The notes under the pieces were generated by a model. It saw nothing but the letters and a program-made list of their open reading frames with translations, was not told the origin of the DNA and ran no database searches. This document shows positions 20,471-34,799 of a stretch of DNA of 64,000 nt, in pieces. Where the stretch lies: positions 299,522,001 through 299,586,000 of the forward strand of contig NC_067402.1 in the NCBI RefSeq assembly GCF_016432865.1, given 5' to 3'. The translations under genes were made by a program, and so were the position numbers. Numbering within the stretch: position 1 is the first letter of the stretch; each line of letters opens with the position of its first letter. Source of the DNA: Antechinus flavipes. Taxonomy: Eukaryota.

Positions 20471-22628
20471 TAATGCTCTGGAGAACATTTGGAGAGAATG
20501 CTTAGCCCCCAGGAAGGATAGAAGCAGAAGAGCCAGGAGTCTTCTTGACCTCTGTGGCCAGGCAGGGATAGAGAGAGAGCCCATGGAAGCAAGGCAGAGC
20601 TGTGTGAGAGTGTCAAGCAGTAGATTCTTTCCACCTCTTGGTCAGTCACTCTACATATTATGTGCCAGGTACTGTGCTAAGTGCTGCCACAATTGCTTCA
20701 CTTTTCTCTAAAGGTGGGAACCACTTGGCCACTCTGCTTTCCAGTTAGCTCTTGTTACTTTCACAGGCTCTAGGTAAATAAGTTAAGCCTTGTTGTAGTT
20801 TATTCTTACACATTTCAAATAAAAATATTCATGACTGATATTTTTGTCAGTCTTTTTCATCTCCTACCTCCTTCCCCATCATACTTTTATTTTCTTTTGG
20901 ATATAGAATGTAAGTTTTAGATCATTTAATCCGATTGACTTATATCACAAAGAGTTTGTGACTCACCCAAACCACACCTGACACGGCTCTCCCAGGACTC
21001 AACTGCTGTGCAAATATTAGGTGCATCTCACAAGCCAAGTAGTCTCTTTCTCATCTTTATCATAGATACAGTAAATAAAATCATGTGCTTTACTTGGTGT
21101 TGTCACAGAATGCCTGATAGAAACAACTCTTGCATCAATTTTAAGTTACTGAATCTGAGCCTTTTTTGCTTAGGGGCAGATGATCCTTACTGTCTCCTCT
21201 CTCCCACACAAGCAGTGCTGGGGAGCTCTCTAAGCATGGACTTTGGCCTGTACATGTGTTTGCATTTTTCTGTTCTGTGCTCAAGTAGGCTGCAGGTAGA
21301 AAGGAGGAACAGAGGCGGTAAGTGTCCTTCAGAGCTCCCCAGAACCAAAAAGTGGTCTGCAAGAAGACACATGGACCAAGCCTGAGTTTTACAGCATCTC
21401 TCAGTTGGAAGTGCCTTTGTGGCTACCCAGTCCAAGTAGCACTTGGACAAGAATCCCTGTATTTTACAGCCTGTGGGGAAAAGTAGCCCTCTAGCTTTAC
21501 TAGAAACCTCCCAAGAGACAGAACTCTGTCTCTTTCCACTTAAAGCAGTTCAGTCTTTGAAATGGTTCTAATGATCACAACATCTTGGCTGCTCAGGACT
21601 GTAGGATTATTATAGGTTCAGAATTTGCATTCAACTGGCATAGTCATCTTCTTTTTCCTGAGGTAACTGGGGTTAAGTGACTTGCCCTGGGTCACAGAGC
21701 TAGGAATTATTAAGTGCCTGAGGCCAGATTTGACCTCAGGTCTTCCTGAGTGCCGTATCCACTGTCCTACCTTGATGGTCTTGCAGAAACTAACAAAGTG
21801 TCTGAGACTGGATTTAAAACTCAGAAAGGCGGCTCTTCCTGACACCAGGCCCAGTGCTCTTAGGTACTACATCATCTAGCAGCCATTAAACTAAGCCAGA
21901 AGTATAATCAGTTTGTGCCTGAGGTGATGGAGTCTCCATACAAGAAGTTTCCTGCACCAAGGGAATGGAGAGCTCATAAATTGTGGGGATATTGGCTTTT
22001 ATCTCTCAGTTATCAGGGGTTAAGTAGATCCTAGAGGCAGATGAACTTCCCTTAATTAGCTTGGCTAAATTAGCAGGGCCAGGATTAGGTGGCCACTATC
22101 TTTTCTGATAACTGAGGACTAGTGTCTCCCTCCCCTTAACATCTCACAGGACACTCAGAGACACTTCAGGAAACAGAATCCCTAGTTAAGATCCTTCTGA
22201 TCTGACTAAACCAGCTCTTGGTTTGAATCTGCCCTCATAGGCACTGGGTGCTAAGGAGAGGGGGGGGGGGCTTCTTCAATAATTGAGGATTAAGGAATTA
22301 AAACGATATAGAGATAGGTATGCTGGATTTTTACTAAGGGTCTCTGGGTTGAGATCCCTGGTCTTATCCAGTTGTGTGATCTTACCCAATCCCTTCACCT
22401 TCCTTCTCAGCTACAAAAACACAATTGTACTAGATTATCTAACTCACCTAATAGCTCTTTAAAGTGGAGGTTCAAAATCCAAACAATCTCCTTTACCTGC
22501 CTTCTCTAATTAAAGTCATCAACTCAAAGAGAAACAAGGAAAAGACAGTTCTTGAATAGCCCTGATGTTAACCTTTCACTCCTACTCACCCATCCCGCTC
22601 AATCAGCTGGATCAGTTGACATTTAAAT

Positions 22629-23250
22629 TGTAATGCCAGAGAAACTGAGGCAGGAGAGAGATTGGAGAGTTTTTAATATTTTATTAATGGGAGAGTAAGA
22701 TTGACTGGAGAGGACTCTCGTCTCAAATTATCCAGTCAGACAGAGATAAAAATATACTGGGACCAAGGAATTCATGTTGGTCCCAGGTCTGGAGGAGACT
22801 ATCATCTCAAAGAATCCAGCGTCCAGCATCCACCGCCAGCCGCCATTCTCCAGCAATGAATGGAGAATCTCTAACCTTTATATACCTTTTAGAGACAAAG
22901 AAGAGGGAAAGAGTAGGAAAGAGCGGGAAAGCCCAGCTGGAAAAGACTATGAATCAAAAAGGAACCCAGAGACAGGATGTCTGAATACCCAGAGATAAAG
23001 ATGTTAGTGAAATATCTTGGAATATTTTAGAGGGATGTTGTAAATTCTCAAGGACAGAAGATAATCAGGAAGTCTACTCTCTTGTTTATCTTGCTTGGGC
23101 TAACACTTTATAACCTTAGACTAATTGGTCCTCAGCCTTCGTGGACCAGAAGGAGATTTACAGCTTAGGGGAGTAATTAGGAGACTGAGACAAGGGAAAC
23201 TTGTACAAGGAAACTGAGTCAGGACAGTTAAAGAGAACTGTGGCATAACA
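22629..23250 (-). mobile_element. Solo ERV LTR (copy of 3889-4510)
   Basis: TG...CA termini with AAAT TSD. Near-identical to the unit A copy. Confidence 0.85.
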
Positions 23251-26161
23251 AAATAACTCTTGGATTAAGGTTGTGCTTGAACTAGCATTTGGGGAGGGAG
23301 AAGGAAATGTTCCTGAAGACCACCTACTTCAACACTCTCCTTTGGGAAGTGAGAAATTCTGGGGTCTAGAAAGGAAAAGGAGCTTGCCTAATTATTGCAA
23401 CTCCCTTCACATACCCACAGCTCTCAAAACATCTGCTAGACCAATACACACTGAGCTGGAAATTCAGGAACAAAGAATAATCCCCATCTCTGTTCTGTCT
23501 GAGTTTTATCTCCACTTCTCCTCCCTGGCCTTCCAAAGAAACGTTTGTTCTCAGAGAAAAGAGAGGGAGAATTTTGCTTGAGATATCCAGAGGAGAGACC
23601 CCAAACCCGTTTGGGTGGAGTTCCAAGTGAGACTTGAAGGAAAAAGGTTAAAGAACATCTAACTCAGTAATAAAAGAAAGAGGAAATCTTTCTTCCCCAT
23701 ACCTAATACTTGGTGCAAGCAGTAAAATAGCAAAAAGCCAATCCCTCCCGCACATGTTTCTGGGAAGAAATTCTCCCTCTAACTCATCTTAGCAACAAAG
23801 CAAGAAGCTTTATAGGCTCCCAGGAACTCCCTTCTCCAGTGGCTTCCTCCCATCTGCAACAACTTTACACAATCAGTCCCTCACCTGAGAATGTTGAAGG
23901 AAGCATTTGGAAGTCGGGTCCATTACAGAGATGAGGGAGGAGGACCGCCTTGGTGAGGATTAAGCCCACTAGCACAATGTAACATGAGTTTATAGTTGTA
24001 GGCTTTCATGTGCTTGGTCTGTTCTGGGAATAAAAGTGAAGTGTTCAACTCTGAGGTACAACTGTTCTTTTTTTTGCATTGCTCAGATCACCTGCTTAAT
24101 GAAGGCATTCCTTTGCTACCCAGGGATCACTGAAATCGGGTTAATATTCTTTACCAAGGGATAGCCTTTATGTGGAGTTCTGAGCCCAGCTCAGCTCAGC
24201 TTAGCTCTCTTGGCTATTGGATATTAAAACAACTTTAACTTCTGAGTGAAAATCATGTCTCCTGAGCCAGGAGTTTGCAAAAATTTGGGGTCTCCTCTTA
24301 AGACTTTGAGGACTTTCTCAAGCCACCAAGGGCTTTAAAGGTCAATGAAGGCACGCTTCTGAGGTGTCTCCCAAATACTTTTCTATGTGCTGAAGGAGAA
24401 TTAGACTGTCTTAAAACAAAGACTCTGCAGAGCTTGCTCTTTTACTTAAACTATAATAAATTGAACACATAATTTTATAAGTTGTCCTTTTTATCTGTAA
24501 TTCCTTCTGGCTGTCCTTCTGTTCTCATGGGTTTTCATTTGGGTGAGAGGAGCTGGATCACTGATCACCACAATGTTCCTTCTCCTCAAAACGATATAGG
24601 GAAAGGAATAAGAAAGCTACACATTCAGAAAATTCCAACTTTGTCAATGTGTAAAAAGAAAAAAAAAGTTTCAATCTTGAATCAGTCATTTTGAATAATT
24701 ATTGGTCATGTTGCTATTAATAGGAGTTCTTCTATCTTTCAAATTTTCGTGTCTGTGCAAAGCCATATTTTATACTAAAAATTATTCTGCTCACTTCACT
24801 CTCTTTGTTAATACAAATTATTCTGCTTACTTTACTTGCTATTTATTCATAAAAGTCTTTCTAAAATAACCCATCTTGTACTTCTTACACAATATCATAT
24901 TGCATCATATACACTATTGCATTCATATACTAAGATTTGTTTAAAAATTAAACTCCATTTGATAAGTACTCTATACTATAGTTCCTATAATTTTTGTGCA
25001 TATGGGTTATTTTCCGCTTTTCATGCCAGTGGCTATCTTTGGGAGTCAGAAAGTACTCACAGTTCAGTGACATTTTAGGGATCGTTCCAAATTGCTTTAC
25101 ACTTTGGCTAGACCAATTTATAGCACCACCAAAAGTATGTGACTGTGTTAGGTTCTCTGGGACAGGTTTCTACATTTGATATTCTCCCTTTTTGATTTAC
25201 TTTTGTCAATCTGACTGAGGTAGAATTTTGCAGTTAGTTTGTATGTTTCCAGTTCTTAATGACTTGGAGCATTTTTAAATCCCCGATAAATTTTGGAGGA
25301 GGATGCATTTTTATGTGGCCATTGAGAAGTGGGCTCTCTTCTTTTGAAAACTTCTAGGTCATCCATTTCCTTGACAATTTATCAATTACAGAATTTGCTT
25401 TTCTCATATATTTCAATTGGTTACTTTCAAAGAGACCTTTATTACAGAAACTTGATGCAAAGACTTTTCTCCAGTCCACTGTTTCCCAGCTACACACTCC
25501 ACCGCTATAAAAATAATCATGGAAAATAGTTTCTGGAATACCATACACAACAGCCATGTTTTCTCAGTCAAGAGTTTTTTTTTTCTGAGAGTTAGAAATT
25601 AATTGAATTAAGATTAGAGTTGGAGCTTTTTCAAAACTTCTCAAAAGCTTTCTATTTCTCATCAGACTGGCTTTCTGTCTCACATGTTTCCTCCATCCCG
25701 ATTCAGTAATATAATATGCTTTCATTAGAAGAGGGAAGTATCTAATAGGAGTATTTTCTCCTCTCCTTGTCTTATCATTTGTGTATAATATATAATGTAG
25801 GGATTTTATTTATTATCTTCAAATGAAATTAAACTATTCATAGCAATTTTGGTTTCAATCATTTCTCCATGTTTGGGGACTCTAGTCTTAGAAAAAAAAG
25901 AATCCAAAGCAACATAGCTGAACAATTGATTTTATCAACAAGCATTTTAATAATTGCTTAGTATGTGTCACCCTGCCAAACCCTGAGGATACAAGGAGAA
26001 CAAAAGAAAAGAAAAAAAAACCCAAACCACTCCCTGCTCAAGCAGTTCAGTCTAAACAGGAAGAAAGCATGCAGTTATGTCTAATAATATCTATCTACAA
26101 ATTATATAGTTTCTAGGTGTGTGTATATGTGTGTATATGTACTATGCCTGTATGTACATGT

Positions 26162-26201
<40 letters not shown>

Positions 26202-27190
26202 TAACCAGCAGTCTGTTTTCATAGCAAAGATAATTGGCAAGAAAGGTACAAGTCAAAAGTTCCTGTGGCTGTACCTAGCCTCTGTCCATGGTCATGGGTT
26301 ATGACTAAAAGAATAGCCACCTCATTTCTAGGTGAGACTATACACATGACAAAAAGCAGATAAAGGGAAGCATACACATCAAAGGAAAAGAGGGATTAGG
26401 AAAGACTTCTGGGAAAACACTTAGCTGGGATTTGAAAAAAAGTTAGAGAATAATTTGTCCTTAATGCTTTCGATACATTTAGAGAATATTGGAAAGCATC
26501 CAGGTGACTTATAACTCCAGGTCTGTTAGGTGACTTATAAATCCAGGGTTGAGCTTCCTTGGGCAGTCAAGAGACTGACAAGAGAGAGGGTGACAATTCT
26601 GAAGTTAGTGCAGAACAGCATTTTAAAGACAGGGAGAGCTAGTCACGCTGGGCTGGCCATAGCTGCAGACATGTGCTCCATCCCCTGCTGAGCAGTGTCT
26701 CCCATTGAGGATTGGTGGTATACAAGGCTTTAAAAAGATAGCAAAGATGAGTGTCCATTGAGAGAGAAAACTGCCGAGTCTAGGTACCTAAAGAATCAGT
26801 GAATCCTCTCTAGAAGGGGAAGAAGTCATCCTTTAAAGTTGTAACTGTTTTGAATTATAAGTTTCCCTAAACAGAAAGCCATCTGAGAGAAAGTAGAGTG
26901 TCACTCAGCTCAGCCCCAGCCTGACTATCAAACCCTGGTGTGGACTCACAGAAATGCTTAGTAAAAACAATTTTAAAAGGAATATATGGTTCTGCCTAAA
27001 AGACCAAGAATTGGAAGCAGAATTAGCTCAGTAGAAGGTATGAAATGTGTCTGCTGGACCTTGTCACAAGCTACTATCCACTGGCATATCAGGGCTAGCA
27101 AGGGGAGGAGAAAAAGAGGAGCTAGGTATAGGAGGAAATATGCTTGGAAAAATTGGGGAGTGAGACCACCCAATATGGGGAGGGCCCTTT

Positions 27191-27638
27191 TGACCCGTCT
27201 AGCAGGTCGTCAATCGTGAGTCTCGAAGTGGAGCATCACCGTAAGGCAAAGGCCTGTAGGGCAAAAAGCCTGTAAGGCAGAGCCTGTAGGGCAAAAAGCC
27301 TGGTAACAAAGAACAAAGGAGGGAAACTGCCAAGTGGGGTTTAAAGCAGCTCCAGTTTATTGAGGCACACAATTCAGCTTATATAGGGTGGCTCAGGAAT
27401 GTCACGTATGTAGGAATGCAGTTACACAATGCACAAGGTATAGAGGAGGGGGCTGAGGTCTCGTGATGAGGGTCATAAGTCCAGGGGTCCGATATCAGAT
27501 GGTGATTGATGTCAGCACATCTTGTGAGATATGAAGTTCTGGAGCCAGGGAGCGGATAACCATCTCAGCACAATGCACAATGGTGTTGACACAGTTGTCA
27601 TTTATTAGCTCAGACCTAAGGGTATGGGGTCCCTGGCA
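27191..27638 (-). mobile_element. Solo ERV LTR with CCCTTT TSD (copy of 8478-8918)
   Basis: Same termini and TSD. Carries an extra 7-bp GCACAAT duplication near 27570. Confidence 0.88.
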
Positions 27639-27915
27639 CCCTTTGGCTTCCTTAGTGGCTACCAGAAAAATCAGTGAAAAGCCAAGGGAGAGATGAGGGA
27701 TGGAACAAAAGGGGTGGGGAAGAACAGGACCCGCAATCACTTTGTAATATTCGGATGGCCAAGCCCCTTGCTGAACCAACTGCTCCGAGGCCAATTATTG
27801 AAAAGTCCCCGGCTTCTATGCACGGATTTCATAAAGCAGCTGCTCTTGCCCATCGTTGCAGCCATTGTTGGCTGTATCTGGATAAAAGATTTGCGGTGTT
27901 TCCAACTTCCTCCAG

Positions 27916-28696
27916 ATGACAAAGTCCCATTCTCTGGGGAATGGCTGTCCCAGAGCAGTCAGAAATCCTCACACCCCGACCGCGGTGACTCTGAGGCCTC
28001 CGCTGGAAGGGAAGGCCGAGGTCCGCGGGGCCTTGAGGTAGACACGGTTCTTTCAGGTCCCGATCTCTCGGAACCACCCTCTACAAGTGCCGGGACCCCA
28101 CACCTACCTGCGCCACCTCCACCGTTGGAGGTCTTTCCACCTTCAAATCCAGGTCCCTGGGTGAGGAAATTTCTCCAGAGTGGGCATTACGGACTGGCCA
28201 AGGGTCCGGCCATGACCCAGGCCCGGAAACCCCGCCCCTTCGGACAGCTTTCACCACCAAGCAGATCAGGACTCTGGAGAGCTCCTCCAAACGCCCGCAC
28301 TAACTGGGCGCGGCAGAGAGGAGAAAATTGGCAGGCGGAATGCAGCTGTCTCAAGTTCAGATCAAAACCTGGCTCCAAAGTCGCCGCAAGAGCCTGAAAC
28401 GCCAGTTGCAGGACTTGGGGCCCCCCCGACCCCCCCTCCAGGCTTCCCCGTCCACTTTTATAGCCCCTCTATCCCAGTGCTCAGGACCACTGCCTCCGTG
28501 GGCCTGCCGTATGTGTACCCCAATTGGCCGCAGCTCCGGGGCTCCGAACTTGTCCAGGAGCTTGTTGCCGATGTCTCCTCTGCTCCCTCTGCCCTTTCCC
28601 CGGCTCCTGAAAAGTTGCCCCTCCTGCCATCGAGTCGGTGCTGGCTCCTTTGCTAAGCGGCTGTCAGACCAGGCCGCCTTCCTGGGGGCGATGTGA
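27916..28696 (+). pseudogene. VENTX: VENTX-like homeobox processed pseudogene, copy B
   Basis: Same post-ATG frameshift and TAA (28301-28303). The downstream frame reads MQLSQVQIKTWLQSRRKSLKRQLQD. Confidence 0.85.
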
Positions 28697-31600
28697 CTTT
28701 AGAGGCCCTGGCATAATCCCCCCTGGTAGGGGGTGACTGGTACTGAGAGAGGAGAGAAAATAAGGGAGCAAGAGATAGATCCCTTCGGTAGAGAGTTTAA
28801 CTCGGAAGACTTCAGTAAATAATGGCCTGCTTTGTCTTCTGCCCCATGGAAGTACTCCATACATGAACTTGTACATATTTGTGAAATTATTTGAAGTAGA
28901 TTATGAACAGAGAATTATTTATGGACATATGAAATAATTATGTTTATTAAAATAAATAATAAATAAAAGAATAGATTCTACAATTCTAAATGTACTTTCT
29001 CTTTTTTCCTTTCCTCTCTGCCCTTGAATGGAGAATCTCTTATTCTCCAAGAATAAGATTCTCTTGGCGGGAATATCATTCTCAGGGAATAAGTGATCTG
29101 TGGGAAGTCATTTTTTGAAGACCCATTTTATGTATGAGGAAGGGAAGTATCAAGTAAATGTGACATCTTGCCTGGGGTTGTGACTTTCCCCAAGAAAGCT
29201 TATCTTGCTCTGAGTGGATGCAAGATCATTTGGGTTTGCAGATTAATGGAGACATTTTTGGTGATTTTACATAATTTTACTGGGTTCATTCAGGTCAAAC
29301 AGAGTTCACTCTAGTCACACTAAGCTGGCCTGACAAGTTAGAGAAGTATCAAGTCTTTATCCCAAGAATCTGAATCTGCTCCATCAGACAAGTAGCACCG
29401 GTATCCTGGCCCATGACATTCTATATAGCAGGGGCAGGTAAAAAACGTGGGTAAAAGGTATGGGAGATGTGGAAGAGGAGAGAAGAGGGAGCTCATGGAA
29501 CATGACCCTAATTTTTTTTCTGTAAAATGAAGTATAAGGTTCTTAGTTGAGAGAGTTGAGGGAGGGAAGCAATGAAAGGGTTGAGGAGAAGTGAGCAAGT
29601 CTGGGTGATCTGCTGTGGAGAGTGGGAGAGGGAGCCAGTGAGGGTGATCTATTTTCTTGGAGTCACAGGGGAGAGTTGAGTGCCAGGTGGATCCCAAGGC
29701 TATTCAACAAGGATGAGCATCTCTGATGTGAGGGCTTGCCAAATTGTTCGACATGTATTTATAGTGTTACACTTTGAATGTCAAACTTTTTATTGAGTCA
29801 TTTGTTTGAGAGGATAAGAACAATTGGTGAAGTACTCTGTAAAAGTCAAAGCTGCTTCAACGATCCCCTAGGATGCTTTTCCAGGTGAGCCCCAGTCTGG
29901 GCCTGGTCTAAGGGGCCTCTCCCTCTCCCAGAGGCCGGCTCTCTCCTATCCAGCCTATGTGTGGCCTGGTGATCCAGTATTTATAGGACCAGGGTTGTTC
30001 ATCCGCAAAAAGGATCCCCGAGTTAGGGTTCAGGCAGGTCATGGACCGCTTCTGATGTTTCAGGGTAAAACAATTCCCAGCCATGTGCAGGGGAAAGGCT
30101 CCCTAGATCAGCATCCTATTTATAGCAGAAAGCCCCAGGCAGTCGGAGTAGATAACCCACAAGGTGCTCCATAAACAATCGGTTCCTTCAGAAAAAGAGA
30201 GAGAACTGAAGGGAGGAGGAGAGTGGAGGTGGGGAAAGGGAAGAGAAACACCTAGGAAAGGGAAAGAGAAGATGTAAACAAGAGAGCAAGGTGGTTTTTC
30301 TCCTTGGAAACCAAGTTAGCAATTGTGCCCTCCTTGAATTCTTATGGAAATTGCCACAGTGCCTAGGGGGCACTGGATTTGAACCTCCAAGAAAAATAAC
30401 TGGCTTGGGAATTTCTACAGCAAGCCCCAGGATCTTGGGTTTCCTTTTATCAATCAAGCTTGGAGGGCAGGAAGAACCTGGAGGGTGAAGGCTGTCCCAT
30501 GCCCCAACCTCAAGCAGATCTGCAAAGTTTTCTGAGATCTTTCCAATCCTGAACTTCGACCTAGATTTCTAAGCCTTGAATGGGGGTGTAAACGAGCCAT
30601 TACTGAAATTTTCTGATACTGATTCAGAAAGGGAACAGCTTGGAGGAGGAAGGATCACGAATAATCACACTCAAAGCAATGGTGCATAAATCTGAGAACT
30701 TAATTATTGGTAGGAGAAGAATGGTCTGGAATGGTCAAAGTTTGGAAAATGGAAAGTATTTTGGCAGAAATTAGGTTTAGACCAATGACTTACAGCCAAG
30801 ATATTCCTGAGCGCTGTCCCAGATATCAATGTGTGAGCAAGGTCAAATAAAGGGAACGGATGCATTCCCTAGGACAGAAAGCAATTTCTGAATATTTCTC
30901 TCTTACGCCTTTTTGCCCACAAATTATAGCCAGAGAACGAGTGCAGATTCTAACAATGGGGTTTAGAGTGGTGATTAAGGGTGTGAAGTGCGGATTGGGC
31001 AAAAGAAAGCTAGGGTGACAAAGCTTTCTTTTTCCCCTGGGGCCTGCAGGACTGAGGACTTTAGTGCGCACTGTCCTTTGGTGCAGAAACACTGGCTCTT
31101 GGACCTTCATCCTTACCTCAGAATCCTAAGGGCAGAACTATGCTGGCCCCAGGCTATATTGTGAGGCTGGGGCCAATAACCCTTGTGGTACATGTAGAGC
31201 TTCCCCAAACTCCCAAGGGTGGGGTGTCCTGAGCTCCTAAAACACGGCCACACGGGACGCTCAAAGCTCCAGCAAGGGTAGACTAAGAGTTCCCTAAGGC
31301 GCTTGTACTGAGCGGTGGGGCTCCCCAAATGCTTTTAGGGTGGAGCTTCCAAAAAGAAAGAAGTTCCTCACACCCTAAAGGAGTGGGGGCGTGGTTCCGC
31401 AGAGTCTTTGTGGCCTAGGGGCGGGGATCTCCAAATCACTCTTTAGAGCCCTAGCACTGAGCAGGAAGAGGACCTCTACTCCATTTCTTATTGTACAACT
31501 CTTAAAGACTATACCTGAATGCGACCTGACTGGGTATTTTTACAGCTCCGAAACGGTATGTAGAGGCCAGCTGATTAGTTCATGTTAGCGGGATGTTCTG

Positions 31601-32351
31601 GGTGCTCATTGAGCCCAGTCTCAGTTAACAGCAATGGGGTGGGGTGGCAAGTGGATCCCAAGTTAGTGCCATCTTGGACTGCATCAATGCGGGAGGTATT
31701 GACGGAGCTCGGCTCCTCGTGGGGCCGGATTAGTGCGGGCAGTGCCGCTGGGCTCGCCTCCCTCCCCCCACCTTAGTTGCCTGAGCCCATACACTTTGGG
31801 TTTAGATGCAGGTTGAGATGGGGGAGCCCAGTTTACAGCCGAGCCGGCCAGGGACTCTCGGCCCCTTTGATGCAGGAGCTGCAGACCCGGCAGCCGCCCA
31901 AACCGAAGCTCTTTGGGCTACATTACTGTGGAGGAGCGTGGCCTGTAGAAATAGTTAGCATTCTCTGGCCTCCTAGAACCTTCGGAATTGACCGCGGGGT
32001 CTTCTGGTCGGTCGGGGGTTTGAGAAGGGCGCCAGTGAATCCGAGAGTGTCTTGGAGAAGCCGGACAGAATGGGAGGGCCTGGAGCCCACGTGCTCTAAT
32101 GGGTTTGGAATTGGTCAGAAGAACCAGAGGAGTCAGAGATTTTTAGTATCTGAAGTTCTTTCCCTGGGGGGAGGGTTGAACCTTGTTCAGGTGGGCCCAG
32201 AGAGCTGAAAGGGGAGCGGGGAAGAGGTTTGGCAAAGAATTAAAACTGGAGGCCAGAGAAGTGACCTCCTGTGAAATGGGCTGACTTCTTGCAGCTTCTT
32301 CCTTGCAGCCTGGAAAGTGACTAGAGGCCACTTGAGCCCTTTCCAGTTCTC

Positions 32352-32912
32352 ATGGCTTCTTGTGTCCATACCTCCATCGGTGATTCAGACGGACTCACAA
32401 CCAAGATGTATAAGTTGGCGGTGATGGGCACCTGTTCTGTGGGCAAGAGTGCACTGATCATGCAGTTTAGTAAGAATCATTTTGTGACGGAGTATGACCC
32501 CACGACCCAAGATTTCTATAGTAAGGATACAATGGTGGACGAAGAGCAGTGTCAGCTGGACATCATGGATACCACAGGCAATGGAGCATTTTATTATCTG
32601 AGGGATGAGTCCATAAGCTGGGGAGAGGGATTCCTCTTGGTCTATGCAGTGAATGACCTCTACTCTTTTGAGAATGTGAATTTCTTCTGGGACATTCTGC
32701 AGTGGCTCAAGGGCACCGACCGCGTACCCGTGGTGTTGGTGGCAAACAAAGTAGACGTGACCAACAGGCTGGTGGACCCCACAATGGGCCAGGAGGTGGC
32801 CAGGAGCTTCGGGTTCCCTTATGTGGAGACCTCAGCCAAGACTGGACAAGGTGTGGAGCAAGCCTTCCATGAGCTGGTTCGAGAAATTCAGAGGAAGCGA
32901 GCTGAGGAGTAA
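32352..32912 (+). CDS. Ras-subfamily small GTPase, copy B; 186 aa, no CAAX
   Basis: Protein identical to copy A except codon 41 (Lys vs Arg). Same premature TAA and the same intact downstream CGCKCCTIQ tail. Confidence 0.82.
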   Translation: MASCVHTSIGDSDGLTTKMYKLAVMGTCSVGKSALIMQFSKNHFVTEYDPTTQDFYSKDTMVDEEQCQLDIMDTTGNGAFYYLRDESISWGEGFLLVYAVNDLYSFENVNFFWDILQWLKGTDRVPVVLVANKVDVTNRLVDPTMGQEVARSFGFPYVETSAKTGQGVEQAFHELVREIQRKRAEE

Positions 32913-33713
32913 CTCAAGATTCTCCCTAATACTGAGCAGAAGGAGGCCTGTGGGTGCAAGTGTTGCACCATCCAGTGAACAGGTACACCCTTAGCCTGAT
33001 CCTGCCCCCTAATTCCCCTCTCACCTGGCCTAGAATATCTCCAGATCCCCTGGCCACTCCCCAGCCTTCAAGACCTTCATCTGGACCCTTCCTTCTGCCT
33101 GCTCTTCACTTCCAAGCCCTTTTGGGCCTTTTAAACAGGAGCCACTTGGAGGGCTCTGTGTTTCTATATTAAGAGTTTTGTTTTGGATTTTTCCTTTTGA
33201 TTCGCCTTTTGAGCAGGAATGACTTAAGTCAATGCCTGAGTATCCTGAACAGGCAAGGAAAGACTCCATTTCTCCTTGAGTGCGCAGCCTCCCCCAGCCT
33301 CTCTGGCTGCCAGAGGCCCCAGAGAAAGCCAGCTTCCTGGAGGCTTTCTCTCCAGTCCGACCCTCATCTTCAGCAGCCTCCTCTGCCTTCCTAGAGGCCA
33401 TCTGTGGGGTTTTCTTTATTGAGCTTTCTCTTGCTCTCCCAACTGAGACCCTGCCTCCGGAGACCAGGGCAAAGGGGTTCTCTCTCCTGCCCCTGGACTT
33501 GGTGTATTTGCTGTCTGGAGCCAGGTCACCACCCCTGTTGTGTCCCAGAAGACCTTGTTTGTGGTGTTGGTGAGGAGCCCTGCTCTGAACTGGTCCCCAT
33601 TCAATGACCTTCAAGACCAGACCGGAGGGGTGGGGGGGAGGAGGGATTTTTTTTTTTTTGTTACTCATGTTGAGCGTGTTTGTTTTCAACTTGCTTATCA
33701 TCTGGAGCACTTT

Positions 33714-33876
33714 TTTTGTTTTTCTTTTGTTTTCTTTTTTTTTCTGAGGCGATTGGAGTTAAGTGACTTGCCCGGGCCACACTGTTAGGAAATGTTAAGT
33801 GTCTGAAGCCAGATTTGAACTCTAGTCTTCCAAAATTTGGGGCTGATGCTGCAACCTCTGCCCATCTAGCTGCCCC
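33714..33876 (-). mobile_element. Marsupial CORE SINE with TSD (copy of 14997-15158)
   Basis: Same CTGGAGCACTTT TSD and CTAGCTGCCCC end. Confidence 0.9.
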
Positions 33877-34329
33877 TGGAGCACTTTGAATAGCAGTGAG
33901 GGCTTTGGGCGGAATGGGGCTGCCTCCTACCAGCAGGATGCCTTTAGACATAAGTGCTATTAAAATTTATTTTAGCAGCCAGATGCACCCCTTTAGACAT
34001 TGCAAGTTGAATTACTTTAATTGCCTCCAAGAGAAGTGGAGTGGGGGGGCCTGGCTATAAATGTTCTGAGCAGATACCTTACAGCTGCAAGTCAGGTGGG
34101 AGTCTGCTAAGGAGCCTTCTGACAGGGGCATCTTTTGTATTATCTCAGGATTTATGGTGAAAAGGGCAGGGGGTGATTTTCCTGTTTCAGTTAAAAGTAT
34201 TAAGGATTCTAAAAATACCTGTTTGGTTTTAGGGGTGGGGAGTGAATGGGAAGAGGAATTCATTTTAAGGGACTTCCTTCACACTTGGATTCAAAGTTGA
34301 TTCTTTTTCTTTTTCTTGGATTACTTATA

Positions 34330-34335
34330 AATAAA
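34330..34335 (+). terminator. Polyadenylation signal of Ras-like gene B
   Basis: AATAAA plus GT-rich downstream element, as in A and C. Confidence 0.6.
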
Positions 34336-34799
34336 AGTTTTGGTTTGTTTATACGTGTGTTTCTGGTAGTTTCTTATGGGTTGATATGCTTGGGGTAGGA
34401 ATCACATGAGGATAGTATGGCCTAGTGGAGAGAGAACTGGGTTTGGGAGTGAGAGTGTTGTAGCTGTGGGACCTTGGTTTTCAGTTTTCTCACCAGTAAG
34501 AAGTGGGGGAGGAGAAGGAGAGGGTTGGTCTAGAATCTCAGATCCCTCTTAACTTTACCAGTAGAGGGGGTCTAAATCTATGAAGCTCCGTTCAATGGGA
34601 TGATAGTGATCCCTAGAAATACTTTTATCCATCATCTACACATCAAGTGTCATAATATTTATCTCTGATTCTATCATCTCTGTAATAATTAATCATCTCT
34701 ATTAATGTCATCACTTATTATAGCCCAGTCCTATATCATCTATTATCTCTCATCTTTTTATGTAGTTGTCATTTCTCTCTACACACTCCCTCCACCCCA

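Noticed and set aside
28328-28696. 122-aa ORF starting at homeodomain helix 3, as a functional truncated VENTX
   Set aside because: It lacks helices 1-2, has F49L and N51S, and the frame is broken in copy A by a 1-nt difference in the C run near 9710 and in copy C by a TAG at Trp48.
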